Assembly (NCBI GenBank): GCA_965249285.1
Contig: OZ252226.1
Span: 1,346,891-1,410,890, forward strand
Direction of reading: 5' to 3'
Origin: Candidatus Foliamicus sp.
GTDB lineage: Bacteria; Pseudomonadota; Gammaproteobacteria; Steroidobacterales; Foliamicaceae
Length of the DNA stretch: 64,000 nucleotides
Shown: positions 20,374 to 29,262 of the stretch, piece by piece
Position numbering within the stretch: the stretch's first letter is position 1
Layout of the letters: each line of letters begins with the position of its first letter
Position numbers and translations under genes: made by a program
Notes under the pieces: model-generated
What the model saw: only the letters and a program-made list of their open reading frames with translations
What the model was told of the DNA's origin: nothing
Database searches by the model: none

Positions 20374-20725
20374 TGGTGGAGGCGGCGGGAATCGAACCCG
20401 CGTCCGCAAGCGCTACTGCCCAAGGAGCTCTACATGCTTAGCCGCGCCAGATTTTCAACGATTCGCCGACGGGCAGGACTAAATCGCTGTTGTGATCAGC
20501 TAACTCTTAACTCGTAGGCGCCAATCGGTTCTACGGGCGATCCTGTGCTAGCGACGCCTCTACCGAGCCACAGGCAATCCTGGCAGAGACGCTAGCGGTC
20601 AAGCCGCTAGAGCGAAGTTGTCGTCGTTGGCAACTATAGTTTTTGCAGGCGGATTTACGAGGAACCCTGCTCCTCGGCATGCACACCAAGGGTCTCACGG
20701 CCCACGTCGAAGCCATGTCGCCCCC
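20374..20725 (-). ncRNA. ssrA: tmRNA; tag peptide (A)ANDDNFALAA*
   Basis: 5' GGGGGCGACATGGCTTCGAC; 3' GGGTTCGATTCCCGCCGCCTCCACCA; resume codon at 20631, GCCAACGACGACAACTTCGCTCTAGCGGCTTGA. Confidence 0.97.
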
Positions 20726-20808
20726 ATGTCAGGTATTGTACGCCGAAAGACCGGCGCAAAATGCAGCCTTGATCACCAAAACAATGCTTCAAACGCCAAC
20801 GAAATCCC

Positions 20809-21726
20809 ATGACTAGCGCCGCCACCGGAGACGCCCGAGTCCGACTGCTCAAGCTGGCTACGTACGCGTCGGTGTGCACCGCCACGATTCTTGTGGCGAT
20901 CAAGGCCTGGGCGTGGAGGATTACGGATTCGGTTTCTCTGTTGAGTTCCCTTGCGGACTCGGGACTCGACGTTCTGGCCTCTCTGATCACGTTCTTCGCG
21001 GTGCGCGTGTCATTGAAGCCGGCCGACCGGGAGCACCGGTTCGGGCATGGCAAAGCGGAGGGACTGGCCGCTCTGGCGCAGTCGGTAATCATCACGGCAT
21101 CGGCGGCGTACGTGCTTAAGGAAACCATCGGACGATTGCTTGATCCCTCGGGCGTCGAACGCGCTCCTTTGGGCATTGCAGTGATGTTGGTTTCGGTTGC
21201 GCTCACACTGGTCCTGGTCAGTTTCCAGCGCCACGTGCGCGAGCGAACGGGGTCCGCCGCCATCGCCGCGGACGCCATGCATTACAAGACCGACCTGGTG
21301 ATCAACCTGGGCGTGGCGGCGGCCATTGCGGTGTCGATGTTGCCTTGGGCCAAGCTGGCCGATCCGCTGGTTGCGGCGGCCGTGATCGCGTACTTGCTGT
21401 TCGGCGTCTGGAAGATTGCCAAGCAGGCGCTGGACATCCTGATGGACCGCGAGATTCCTGATGAAGATCGCGAGAAGATCGTGCGGCTGGCGGAAAGCCA
21501 TCCGCAGGTTGTTGACATCCACGACCTCAAGACGCGCCATGGCGGCGCGCACTACATCGTGCAGTTTCATGTCTTGCTGGACGCCACTCTGAGCCTGAGG
21601 GAAGCACACACGATCCTGGACGATGTAGAGGAACGCATCCGCGTTGAATTCCCCAATTGCGAGCTACTGCTGCACCCCGACCCCGAGGGCTACCGGCCCA
21701 ACATCCGAGAATTCGACGAGGGCTAG
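20809..21726 (+). CDS. fieF: Cation diffusion facilitator (FieF/YiiP-like)
   Basis: SLADSGLD, PADREHRFGHGKAE, ADAMHYKTD, HDLKTR, HPDP. Confidence 0.9.
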   Translation: MTSAATGDARVRLLKLATYASVCTATILVAIKAWAWRITDSVSLLSSLADSGLDVLASLITFFAVRVSLKPADREHRFGHGKAEGLAALAQSVIITASAAYVLKETIGRLLDPSGVERAPLGIAVMLVSVALTLVLVSFQRHVRERTGSAAIAADAMHYKTDLVINLGVAAAIAVSMLPWAKLADPLVAAAVIAYLLFGVWKIAKQALDILMDREIPDEDREKIVRLAESHPQVVDIHDLKTRHGGAHYIVQFHVLLDATLSLREAHTILDDVEERIRVEFPNCELLLHPDPEGYRPNIREFDEG

Positions 21727-21777
21727 GGTCCTGCCCATGGGGTGGCTGCAAGTTGATTGCAGGAAGACGCTATTGAG

Positions 21778-21806
21778 TCGAGGGCAAGATGCCCTTGGTC
21801 CCAGGG
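21778..21806. repeat. Partial copy of the GAGGGC double-hairpin palindrome
   Basis: TCGAGGGCAAGATGCCCTTGGTCCCAGGG, between convergent genes. Confidence 0.6.
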
Positions 21807-21820
21807 GGTGGTCGGTCCGG

Positions 21821-22855
21821 CTAGACTTCGGGCGGGACTTCCTCGGCAAACGACTCCCAGGTGCCGTCCGGTTGCGTGTCTCCCCATTCGGTCTGCGGTT
21901 CAAGAATGTCCGGGCGGTCGCGCTCCAGTCGCTCTAGCACAACGCGCGGAATATTATCGAGTTCACCGGTTATCTTGAAACTGTGCATGCGCCCGAAAAG
22001 CGCACCGGTTTGGCTCACCGGCGTCTGCCCCATGCGCATCCAGGGCCACCACGGCGAAGTGCGCATAAAACCGGCGTGAAAACGCACCGACGGCAAGCTG
22101 CGATCCTCCAGGCCAGCCGCCGGAATGTAAAAGATAAAGTGCTCGGACGGATTGATTTTCGGCCCCGTTGACGCCTTGGGCCATGCTTCGGGCGTGACCG
22201 GGTTGGTGTACTCGTGAGCGTATTCCCAGGCCAGAAGATATTGATCATGAAACTTCTGGAAAGGCAGCACGAAGGGAATCTTGCCGTCCTCTCGGGCACG
22301 GGCGTCGGCCGCGTTCATAAGAGTGTTGTCGTCCGGTGCGTTGCCCATCGAAAAACGCGGCATTTCTTCGGTGAGGCGGCCGCGAAAACGATCGCTGATA
22401 AACGGAAACACCTCCACCCGCTCGCCGCTGTAGGGATTGTCCCAGTGGTCGATGATTTCGCCGCTGACCAGATCGGTGAAATAGCCGGACTCCTTGCCGC
22501 GCAGCCACAAGTGGCCGTTCTCGTCGATCTTGCATTGGATGTTGCCGCAGCCGACGTAGCCGAACAGGGGCACCAGCTTGTTCACGCCGATACGGGCGAA
22601 CTGCACCCCCTGATAGCCGCTGTAAACGGGTTTCTCTGCGTAGGTGCCCCAGATCTTGCCGAAGGCATAGAGGTTGTCGGCCGGGTTGCTCAGGTCCAGC
22701 CCTCCCCCGCTTGCTGCACCTGCGCTTTCGACCGCCTCCCCGCCGTCATCCGGAACACCGCAGGCCGTCAGGCCGGCCGCGGCCATTCCGCCCACGGCTC
22801 CGCCAACGAAACCGCGGCGGCTGACCAGGCTGCTTAAAGCTGAATTCAGGAACAT
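21821..22855 (-). CDS. DUF1838-family protein with Tat/lipoprotein signal
   Basis: SRRGFVG...LTAC; YFTDLVSGEIIDHWDNPYSGERVEV; RTSPWWPWMRMG. Confidence 0.8.
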   Translation of the reverse strand: MFLNSALSSLVSRRGFVGGAVGGMAAAGLTACGVPDDGGEAVESAGAASGGGLDLSNPADNLYAFGKIWGTYAEKPVYSGYQGVQFARIGVNKLVPLFGYVGCGNIQCKIDENGHLWLRGKESGYFTDLVSGEIIDHWDNPYSGERVEVFPFISDRFRGRLTEEMPRFSMGNAPDDNTLMNAADARAREDGKIPFVLPFQKFHDQYLLAWEYAHEYTNPVTPEAWPKASTGPKINPSEHFIFYIPAAGLEDRSLPSVRFHAGFMRTSPWWPWMRMGQTPVSQTGALFGRMHSFKITGELDNIPRVVLERLERDRPDILEPQTEWGDTQPDGTWESFAEEVPPEV

Positions 22856-22886
22856 GGTTTACCCCCTTGGGATGTGAAATGCCTAG

Positions 22887-24057
22887 GGAAGGTCTGAATA
22901 ACGGCCTGCATGGGCCGTGATGCGGTTAGCGCCCTCGCCGTTTGCGGTGAGATCCCGGTATTGGCGCCGATTCGACGCAAAAACGGGGGTTTGCGGGGCG
23001 TTCTCTACGCCCGCTGCGGTTTCCACAGACACCAACCCCATGTCAGGCGGCCGCATAGCGGCCAGCGATGAGAAGATTGGTGAAGCCAAGCAGCATCGCG
23101 ATGCGCTGCGTGTTCTTCGCCAAGCCCCGGTAGCGCACCTTGGAATAGCCGAAGTGGCGCTTCACATACAGGAACGGGTGCTCCACCTTCGCCCGAATCG
23201 ACGCCTTGCGCTTCTCAGACGCTTCCTGGGCACTCGCCTTGTCGAGCCGCCGGCGCCGGCCCGGCCTCATGGCCACCTGCCAGTCCACTTCCCGACCCTG
23301 GTGCTCCGGACGCTGGTGCACGCCCTGGTAGCCGGCGTCGCCTCGCACCTCGGATTCGCCGCCGTGCAATACCAAGTGCGCGTGCGTCACGTCCGCGCCG
23401 TTCGCCGCCGTCGTCGCCAACCCGTGGGTCAGACCCGACGCCGAGTCCCCACCGATGTGCGCCTTCATCCCGAAGTACCAACGGTTGCCCTTCTTCGTGG
23501 GGTGCATCTCCGGATCCCGCTCACCCTTCTTGTTCTTCGTCGACGAGGGCGCGTCAATGAGGCTCGCGTCCACGATCGTGCCCGTCTTGAGCCGGTGACC
23601 TTGCAACGCCAGGTGCGCGTTGATCTCCCCGAACAACCCCTCCCCCAGACCGTGACGCTCCAGCAGATGCCGAAAGTTCAGGATCGTCGTCTCGTCCGGC
23701 AGCGCGCCCGTCCCCCGCAAACCGGCAAAGCGACGCACCGACTCCACCTCATACAACAGATCCTCCATCCCCGGATCGCTTACGTTGTAGAACCACTGCA
23801 CGCAGTGAACTCGAAGCATCGTTCCCAGCGGATACGGCCGCCGGCCCCGGCCCGCCTTCGGATAAAACGGTTCGATGCGCCGCTCCAGCCGCTCCCAGGG
23901 AATCAGCCGGTCCATCTTCGCCAGAAACTGCTCGCGGCGCGTGCGCCGCTTCTTCAAATCATGCTCCAACTCCGAAAACGTCGCCTGTTCCATCTCAACA
24001 ACCTCACCGCCCAAACCATACCGCTATTATCCCAGAAAGGACTTGATCAGACCTTCC
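22887..24057 (-). mobile_element. IS5-family (IS5 subgroup) element; transposase 23993-23043
   Basis: IRs GGAAGGTCTGA / TCAGACCTTCC; CTAG duplication; PDETTILNFR, VDASLI, YFGMKAHIG, RAKVEHPF. Confidence 0.95.
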
Positions 24058-25314
24058 CTAGCTGACCACCGGCCGGGCGCTTATACGCAAGTCGCGCCCG
24101 GAGGCGCGTTGGAAAACACTCAGACCGAATTCCGGCGCCACGGCCAGAAAGTGGTCGAACAGATCGGATTGCAAATCCTCGTAGGCCAGCCAATCGGTGG
24201 TCGCGGCAAAACAATAGATCTCGATCGGGAGCCCGTCGGGGCCCGGCTGAAGCTGCCGGACCAGCGTAGTGCGCTCAGGATGAATCTTGGGATGGTTTTT
24301 GATGTAGTTGAACAGATAGGCACGGAAGGTGCCGACATTGGTCAGGCGCCGCAGGTTGACGGGCAGTTCTTCGGCGCCGATGCGGCGGTTGTAGTCGGAG
24401 AGTTCGCGGTGCCTTGCCGGAATATAGTCGGCCAGCAGCTTGAACTTGGAGAATCGTTCGATTTCCTCGGCTTCAAGAAATCGCACCGTGGCCATGTCGA
24501 TATACACCGAGCGCTTGATCCGGCGCGCCCCGCCCTCGCTCATCCCCCGCCAATTCTTGAACGACCCGGTAATGAAGTCCTGCGTGGGAACGGTGCTTAA
24601 GGTCTTGTCCCAGTTGCGCACCGTCACGGTATGCAAGGCGATATCGATCACGTCGCCGTCGACGCTATGCGAGGGCATCTCCACCCAGTCGCCCAGACGT
24701 ACCACGTCGTTGACGGAAATCTGGATGCTGGCCATAACCGACAGCAAGGTGTCGCGGAACACCAGCAACAGCACTGCCGTAAGCGCTCCCAGGCTGCTCA
24801 AGAGCAGCCAGATGGACACCTGGGCCGCGTAAGCCACGATCACCAGGCCGCCAATGGCGTAGAGCAGCAGCGAGAGCGCCTGGGTGTAGCCCTTCAGCGG
24901 CAGGCGGGCGTGGCTACCCGGCTTTTTCTGCAGATAGAGGCTTATGGCCGTAAACGCAGCCACCACGCCGATGATCACCGCCAGGACCACGCCGGCAAAT
25001 GCCAGCACTCCGAGCGCCCGGCCGGCAATTTCTCCGAGCAGCGGCTGGGCGGCACGCAGCCCAAAAAGCATCACCAGCGCCGGCGCCAGGTGGGAGAAAC
25101 GCAGCAATACCCGGGATTCCAGCAGGGCGGTTCTGAGCGCACCCACCTTGGAGGATTGCATGGCCCTGCGGATTGCCGAAGCAATCACGCGCCGGGTCAG
25201 CCAATCGGCCAGGGCCGCGGCCACGGCCAGGGCCGTTACCGTCAGCACTCCTCCCGCCAGCGGGTATTCCCAAAGCCAAGAGTTCACGGCAGGCCAGATA
25301 TCGCTAAAGTTCAT
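24058..25314 (-). CDS. Mechanosensitive channel, MscS family (YbdG-like)
   Basis: LLLVFRDTLLS, GDWVEMP, VRNWDKT, SFKNWRGM...RRIKRS. Confidence 0.92.
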   Translation of the reverse strand: MNFSDIWPAVNSWLWEYPLAGGVLTVTALAVAAALADWLTRRVIASAIRRAMQSSKVGALRTALLESRVLLRFSHLAPALVMLFGLRAAQPLLGEIAGRALGVLAFAGVVLAVIIGVVAAFTAISLYLQKKPGSHARLPLKGYTQALSLLLYAIGGLVIVAYAAQVSIWLLLSSLGALTAVLLLVFRDTLLSVMASIQISVNDVVRLGDWVEMPSHSVDGDVIDIALHTVTVRNWDKTLSTVPTQDFITGSFKNWRGMSEGGARRIKRSVYIDMATVRFLEAEEIERFSKFKLLADYIPARHRELSDYNRRIGAEELPVNLRRLTNVGTFRAYLFNYIKNHPKIHPERTTLVRQLQPGPDGLPIEIYCFAATTDWLAYEDLQSDLFDHFLAVAPEFGLSVFQRASGRDLRISARPVVS

Positions 25315-25358
25315 GCGTTGCCCTTAGCGAGAGAGAAGCGCCGTCGTTCTGACAGACG

Positions 25359-25500
25359 CCGGGAGCGAGGGCATCCTGCCCTCGTCGAGGGCTGGAAGCC
25401 CTCGTTCCCAGGGGGGTGCGTGAGGCGCCCTCGCTTCGCACAGACGCCGGGAGCCAGGGCATCCTGCCCTCGTCGAGGGCGGGACGCCCTCGTTCTCAGG
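25359..25500. repeat. Two tandem copies of the GAGGGC double-hairpin palindrome
   Basis: GGGAGCGAGGGCATCCTGCCCTCGTCGAGGGCTGGAAGCCCTCGTTCCC and a variant 88 bp downstream. Confidence 0.85.
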
Positions 25501-25516
25501 GGATGGCCCGTGGGAT

Positions 25517-25984
25517 TCATGTGTTCTTCGAAGTTGCCGGGCGGGGATACAGGAGACGGAACGATTGCCACATGACCGGCACTTCCTCGTGGAAGCTCTG
25601 CCCCCGGGTCTCCAGCCATTTGCCCCAGTAAGCCCTGTGAATGTCCCTCCACACCTTCACATCGCGCGCTCCGGGCCCCTCCCCGGCCGTATGCCGCGCC
25701 GCAACTTTGTTAAACGGCAGTTGCTCGCAGGCATCCAGCTCCACCAGGCAGCGCGGGCGTTTGTCGGCATCCAGAAACACGATCCGGTCTACTGACTTGA
25801 GCAGCCCGCCCTCTTCCTCAAGAAACTGCACCAGGGAATAGGTGCAGGTCTTTTCTTCTCCGAGCACCAGGCCCAGAAGCAGATCGCACATCTCCTTTGA
25901 AGAGCCCAGGCGACGGGCCACGAGCCGTCCGCCCGTCATAGGCGGCACGCCCGCATTCACGGCCTGATTGAGAAAGTTATCCAT
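25517..25984 (-). CDS. ASCH-domain protein
   Basis: LLGLVLGEEKTCT...GEG...WRDIHRAYW...SFRLLYP. Confidence 0.8.
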   Translation of the reverse strand: MDNFLNQAVNAGVPPMTGGRLVARRLGSSKEMCDLLLGLVLGEEKTCTYSLVQFLEEEGGLLKSVDRIVFLDADKRPRCLVELDACEQLPFNKVAARHTAGEGPGARDVKVWRDIHRAYWGKWLETRGQSFHEEVPVMWQSFRLLYPRPATSKNT

Positions 25985-26041
25985 AATTCGTGATCCCGCT
26001 TAAGAACCCGTCGCGCGGGTTCGGGGAGTATACTCAAGCCT

Positions 26042-26647
26042 GTGGCTAGAAGCGGCTTTCCTGGGGTTGAATCGTGGGCTGCGCTGGCGGTAGTCGTGCT
26101 CGCCATGGGTATGACGGGTTGCGGCGGCGTGGTCAGCTTGAGCCCCAACTTTCCTACCCCGATGATCCAACGCCTGCCGCTTACCGCGCAGGTGCAGTAC
26201 CCACCCAGTCTCCGCGAGTATTCGCATATCGAAGAAGCCATGGACACCACCCGCTGGACGATCGACCTGGGGCAGCCGACCATGCGCATGCTGAACAACG
26301 TACTCGGAGCATCCTTGCAGCTGGTTGCCGCGGACCCCTCAGGGCCTGCGCCCGACCTGATTATTCAGCCGGAAATTTTGCGGTTTGAATTCGGTGTGCC
26401 GGGACGGTCCAAGGTGGACGTACCGGCGGCCTGGATTGAGTTCGACGTGCGGATCACCGGCGGTGACGGCGCTCCGCTGACCACGCTGAAGATTCCCGGC
26501 TACGGCGAGGGTTCGCGGAAATCCGGCGGACTGGGCAGGAGCCTTAGCGAGGCCGCGGAGTACGCGCTGCGCGATGCCGGCGCCACACTGACGCAGGAAA
26601 TCACGCAGGATGCTGCTATTCTTGCTCTAATCGGGAGCGAAACATGA
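26042..26647 (+). CDS. Hypothetical lipoprotein
   Basis: Lipobox MTGC; ATGA overlap with the next gene. Confidence 0.65.
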   Translation: MARSGFPGVESWAALAVVVLAMGMTGCGGVVSLSPNFPTPMIQRLPLTAQVQYPPSLREYSHIEEAMDTTRWTIDLGQPTMRMLNNVLGASLQLVAADPSGPAPDLIIQPEILRFEFGVPGRSKVDVPAAWIEFDVRITGGDGAPLTTLKIPGYGEGSRKSGGLGRSLSEAAEYALRDAGATLTQEITQDAAILALIGSET

Positions 26648-27300
26648 GTAACCGCAACCAGCCTGTTCGAATCTTAGGCTTGGCCGTGCCTGCCGCTTTG
26701 CTTGTCCTGGCGGCCGGATTGGCGCCTGCCGACGCATTCGCCGAAGAGGAAGCCGAGTCGCTGGTGCTGCTCAGGACCAGTTATCTTGCCGGCAACCGGA
26801 CCGAAGAAGAATTTGTTCGTTGTGTGTCGAAGAAAATTCGATCGGGGAAGAAGCGCACCCATGTAATTGGGGAGCGCAAATTTGTCGACGATCTGTACCC
26901 CTGGCTTGAGCCGCGCACCATGCCACGGGAAAGCGCGGACTTAAGCGAGTTCATGGAACGCCCGGGCGTAGGCGAGGCAATCCGCCGCAAGCGTGTGCGC
27001 TACATGGTGTGGCTGAGCGGGCAAACCATGCGCGAAGGCAGCGGCGGCAGCCTGTCCTGCGCCGCGGGGCCGGGCGGAGCGGGCTGTTTCGGCCTGGCCT
27101 GGTGGCAGAACAATTCCGAGTACACCGCCTCCGTGTGGGACATCAGCGACGGCAGCGACTTGGGTGCAATGAAGGCCAATGTGCGCGGCACTTCGGTAAT
27201 CCCCGCGCTGGTGATTCCGATTCCGATAATCGCCCGCACCCGCGAGAAAGCCTGCGACAGTCTCGCCGGCCAGTTGCGCGACTACCTCGACCTGGGCTGA
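26644..27300 (+). CDS. Hypothetical exported protein
   Basis: Signal peptide AFA/EE; CAAGPGGAGCFG motif. Confidence 0.65.
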   Translation: MSNRNQPVRILGLAVPAALLVLAAGLAPADAFAEEEAESLVLLRTSYLAGNRTEEEFVRCVSKKIRSGKKRTHVIGERKFVDDLYPWLEPRTMPRESADLSEFMERPGVGEAIRRKRVRYMVWLSGQTMREGSGGSLSCAAGPGGAGCFGLAWWQNNSEYTASVWDISDGSDLGAMKANVRGTSVIPALVIPIPIIARTREKACDSLAGQLRDYLDLG

Positions 27301-27314
27301 TCTCTGCGCGGAAG

Positions 27315-27398
27315 GCGCGGGAGCAAGGGGTTCCCGCTTGCGCGGGAATGACGTTTCTTGCCTTCGCCGAGGGCAGGATGCCCTCTTTCCCAGGGGGG
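27315..27398. repeat. Composite palindrome: dRS3/RPE-like TTCCC-N8-GGGAATGAC nested in a degenerate GAGGGC repeat
   Basis: GTTCCCGCTTGCGCGGGAATGAC followed by GAGGGCAGGATGCCCTCTTTCCCAGGGG, between convergent genes. Confidence 0.6.
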
Positions 27399-27427
27399 AG
27401 GCGCTTGCTCCTGTAGGCGCTAGGGGC

Positions 27428-28591
27428 TTATTTCCAGCGCGACTTGTCCGCCAGGTAGCGCCCGGCGTCGTCCAGGTCGGTGGGCAGGTAGTCCGAGAAC
27501 AGGTTCGGGCCGAACTTCGGCACGTACCGGTCGTAAACCGGCCGGTAAAGGTCCCAGTGCACGTCCGGTATACGGTTGCGGGCCCGATACGCCGCCAGCG
27601 GAATGGTGGCGGCAATCGGCTGTTCAAAGCCGCTTCTGGCTTCGGCCAGCGCTTCGCCCCGCGGCCCCCAGATCCCTGAGCCGCCGCCGCCGGTGTCGCC
27701 GAACACACCACGGGTGCCGGGCGAATGTGCGTTGTTGACCAGGGCGGAATAAATGCCGTTGTGCAGGGCGCCGGAACGCACGTCCAGGTGGTTGAAGCCA
27801 CCGGTGGCGGTGCGCAGCATCAACTCGCAGCCCTTCAATGCGTAAGCGCGGATCAACTCGGGCTCGCGCTGCACTGCGGTCGTGGAGATGTTGCCGAACT
27901 TGGTGCGGGTAACCGAGATCACTTCGTCCTCGCCATACATTTCCACATATTCGTCGAGAACGTTGTAGATCGTGGTGGTCATCAGTTCGATACTGCGGTC
28001 GCCGGCCTGGAACACGCCCTTGATGTTGCGCGCCTTCCAGTGCCGCGCCAGCACTTCGCCCTGATCGCCGATGATCGTGGTAATCGAAAGATTGTGGCCC
28101 GGCCAGTCCTTGTCCTTCACATAGCTGCCGAAAACGATAAAGCAGCCGTACTTCTTGGCGCGTTTGGAAATTGCCTCGGTCTCTTCGCCCGGCACCTCAA
28201 GTGCAATCCGCTGCACGTCGTCGCGGTTCCAGTGAAAACGAAACCCGGTAATCGGAAACTCGTGGAAGAACAGGATGTCCTTGGGAAGGCCGGAGGCCTG
28301 CGCCATGTCGATCAGGTCCAGCATGTGGTTCAAGTTTCTGCGTTTGCCGGGACCGGGATTCTTCTCATCAACCGGCCGCACCACCGATTGCACAACGCAC
28401 AGGCGAACATTGTCCCTGGCCAGCGGAACCGTTTCGTAGCTGCCGTCCTGGTGTACGGAAACTTCTCCGCCGCCCCCTGCTTCCGCAGCCAGCGCGCGCC
28501 GCGCCGCGCCGCCGCCCGCGGCCGCCGTCAAACCCGCCAATGCCGCGCCGCTCAGCAAACGCCTGCGGTCTATGCCCTTCCCCTTAGTCAT
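27428..28591 (-). CDS. Tat-exported nitrilase-related carbon-nitrogen hydrolase
   Basis: DRRRLL Tat motif; FFHEFPITG and HWKARN; no Cys at the expected nucleophile position. Confidence 0.78.
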   Translation of the reverse strand: MTKGKGIDRRRLLSGAALAGLTAAAGGGAARRALAAEAGGGGEVSVHQDGSYETVPLARDNVRLCVVQSVVRPVDEKNPGPGKRRNLNHMLDLIDMAQASGLPKDILFFHEFPITGFRFHWNRDDVQRIALEVPGEETEAISKRAKKYGCFIVFGSYVKDKDWPGHNLSITTIIGDQGEVLARHWKARNIKGVFQAGDRSIELMTTTIYNVLDEYVEMYGEDEVISVTRTKFGNISTTAVQREPELIRAYALKGCELMLRTATGGFNHLDVRSGALHNGIYSALVNNAHSPGTRGVFGDTGGGGSGIWGPRGEALAEARSGFEQPIAATIPLAAYRARNRIPDVHWDLYRPVYDRYVPKFGPNLFSDYLPTDLDDAGRYLADKSRWK

Positions 28592-28660
28592 GCTGCTTCC
28601 TCCCAAGGAATCCGAGTCGAAGTTGCATTTTAGTCGCTGTTGCGGACAATCTAGGAGGCC

Positions 28661-28951
28661 GTGGAGATTCTCAAGAAACTGCCTCTATCCTGGGTTATTG
28701 GCTCGGCATGCGCGCTGGTGGTGGGCTTGCTGGCCGGCCCGTTCGTGCTTTACTGGTTCGGCGGCAAGGTGCTCGGCGAGTACCACGACCCCGGAGGACT
28801 GCTGGCGTTGTGGAGCGGTATTTACGGTGACGCCGCCCATCTTGGCGGCGCCGGGCTGATATTGCTCCTGGGACCGCTGCTTATATTCCAGATTGCCTGG
28901 GCCGGCCTGTTCGTGCTTAGGAAATACCTTCGCTATTCCGGCCAGAAATAG
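28661..28951 (+). CDS. Small membrane protein
   Basis: AGGAGG RBS; two hydrophobic segments. Confidence 0.6.
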   Translation: MEILKKLPLSWVIGSACALVVGLLAGPFVLYWFGGKVLGEYHDPGGLLALWSGIYGDAAHLGGAGLILLLGPLLIFQIAWAGLFVLRKYLRYSGQK

Positions 28952-29220
28952 GCGCCCACGCCGACCAGCGAGACCCAGAACAGGCACAGAGGCGCCCACC
29001 TCCATGAGGCCTGGCGCAAATGCCCCCACATGCCCACGCCGCCGAGGATGGTGCACCCGCCGAACATCGCCGTAGCCAGGCCAAGCAGGGGCAATTCAGC
29101 CTGGAGCCGGGGATAGTCTTCCATGATCACCCAGAACGTAAAACAGACAATCGCGAGGCCAGCGAAGATCGAAAGGCAACTGCCTAGAAATATTCCGAGA
29201 AGAATTCCGAAGGGGCGCAT
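28933..29220 (-). CDS. Small 3-TM membrane protein
   Basis: MRPFGILLGIFLGS...; hydrophobic. Confidence 0.6.
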   Translation of the reverse strand: MRPFGILLGIFLGSCLSIFAGLAIVCFTFWVIMEDYPRLQAELPLLGLATAMFGGCTILGGVGMWGHLRQASWRWAPLCLFWVSLVGVGAYFWPE

Positions 29221-29262
29221 GCTGCTGGTATGATCCGCCGGACAAGAGACCTTATATCGACA

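Larger units (their letters stand above)
16832..20380. mobile_element. Decayed integrative element 1 at the tmRNA 3' end
   Basis: Bounded by the tmRNA terminal TGGTGGA (20374) and a copy at 16832; no integrase. Confidence 0.7.
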
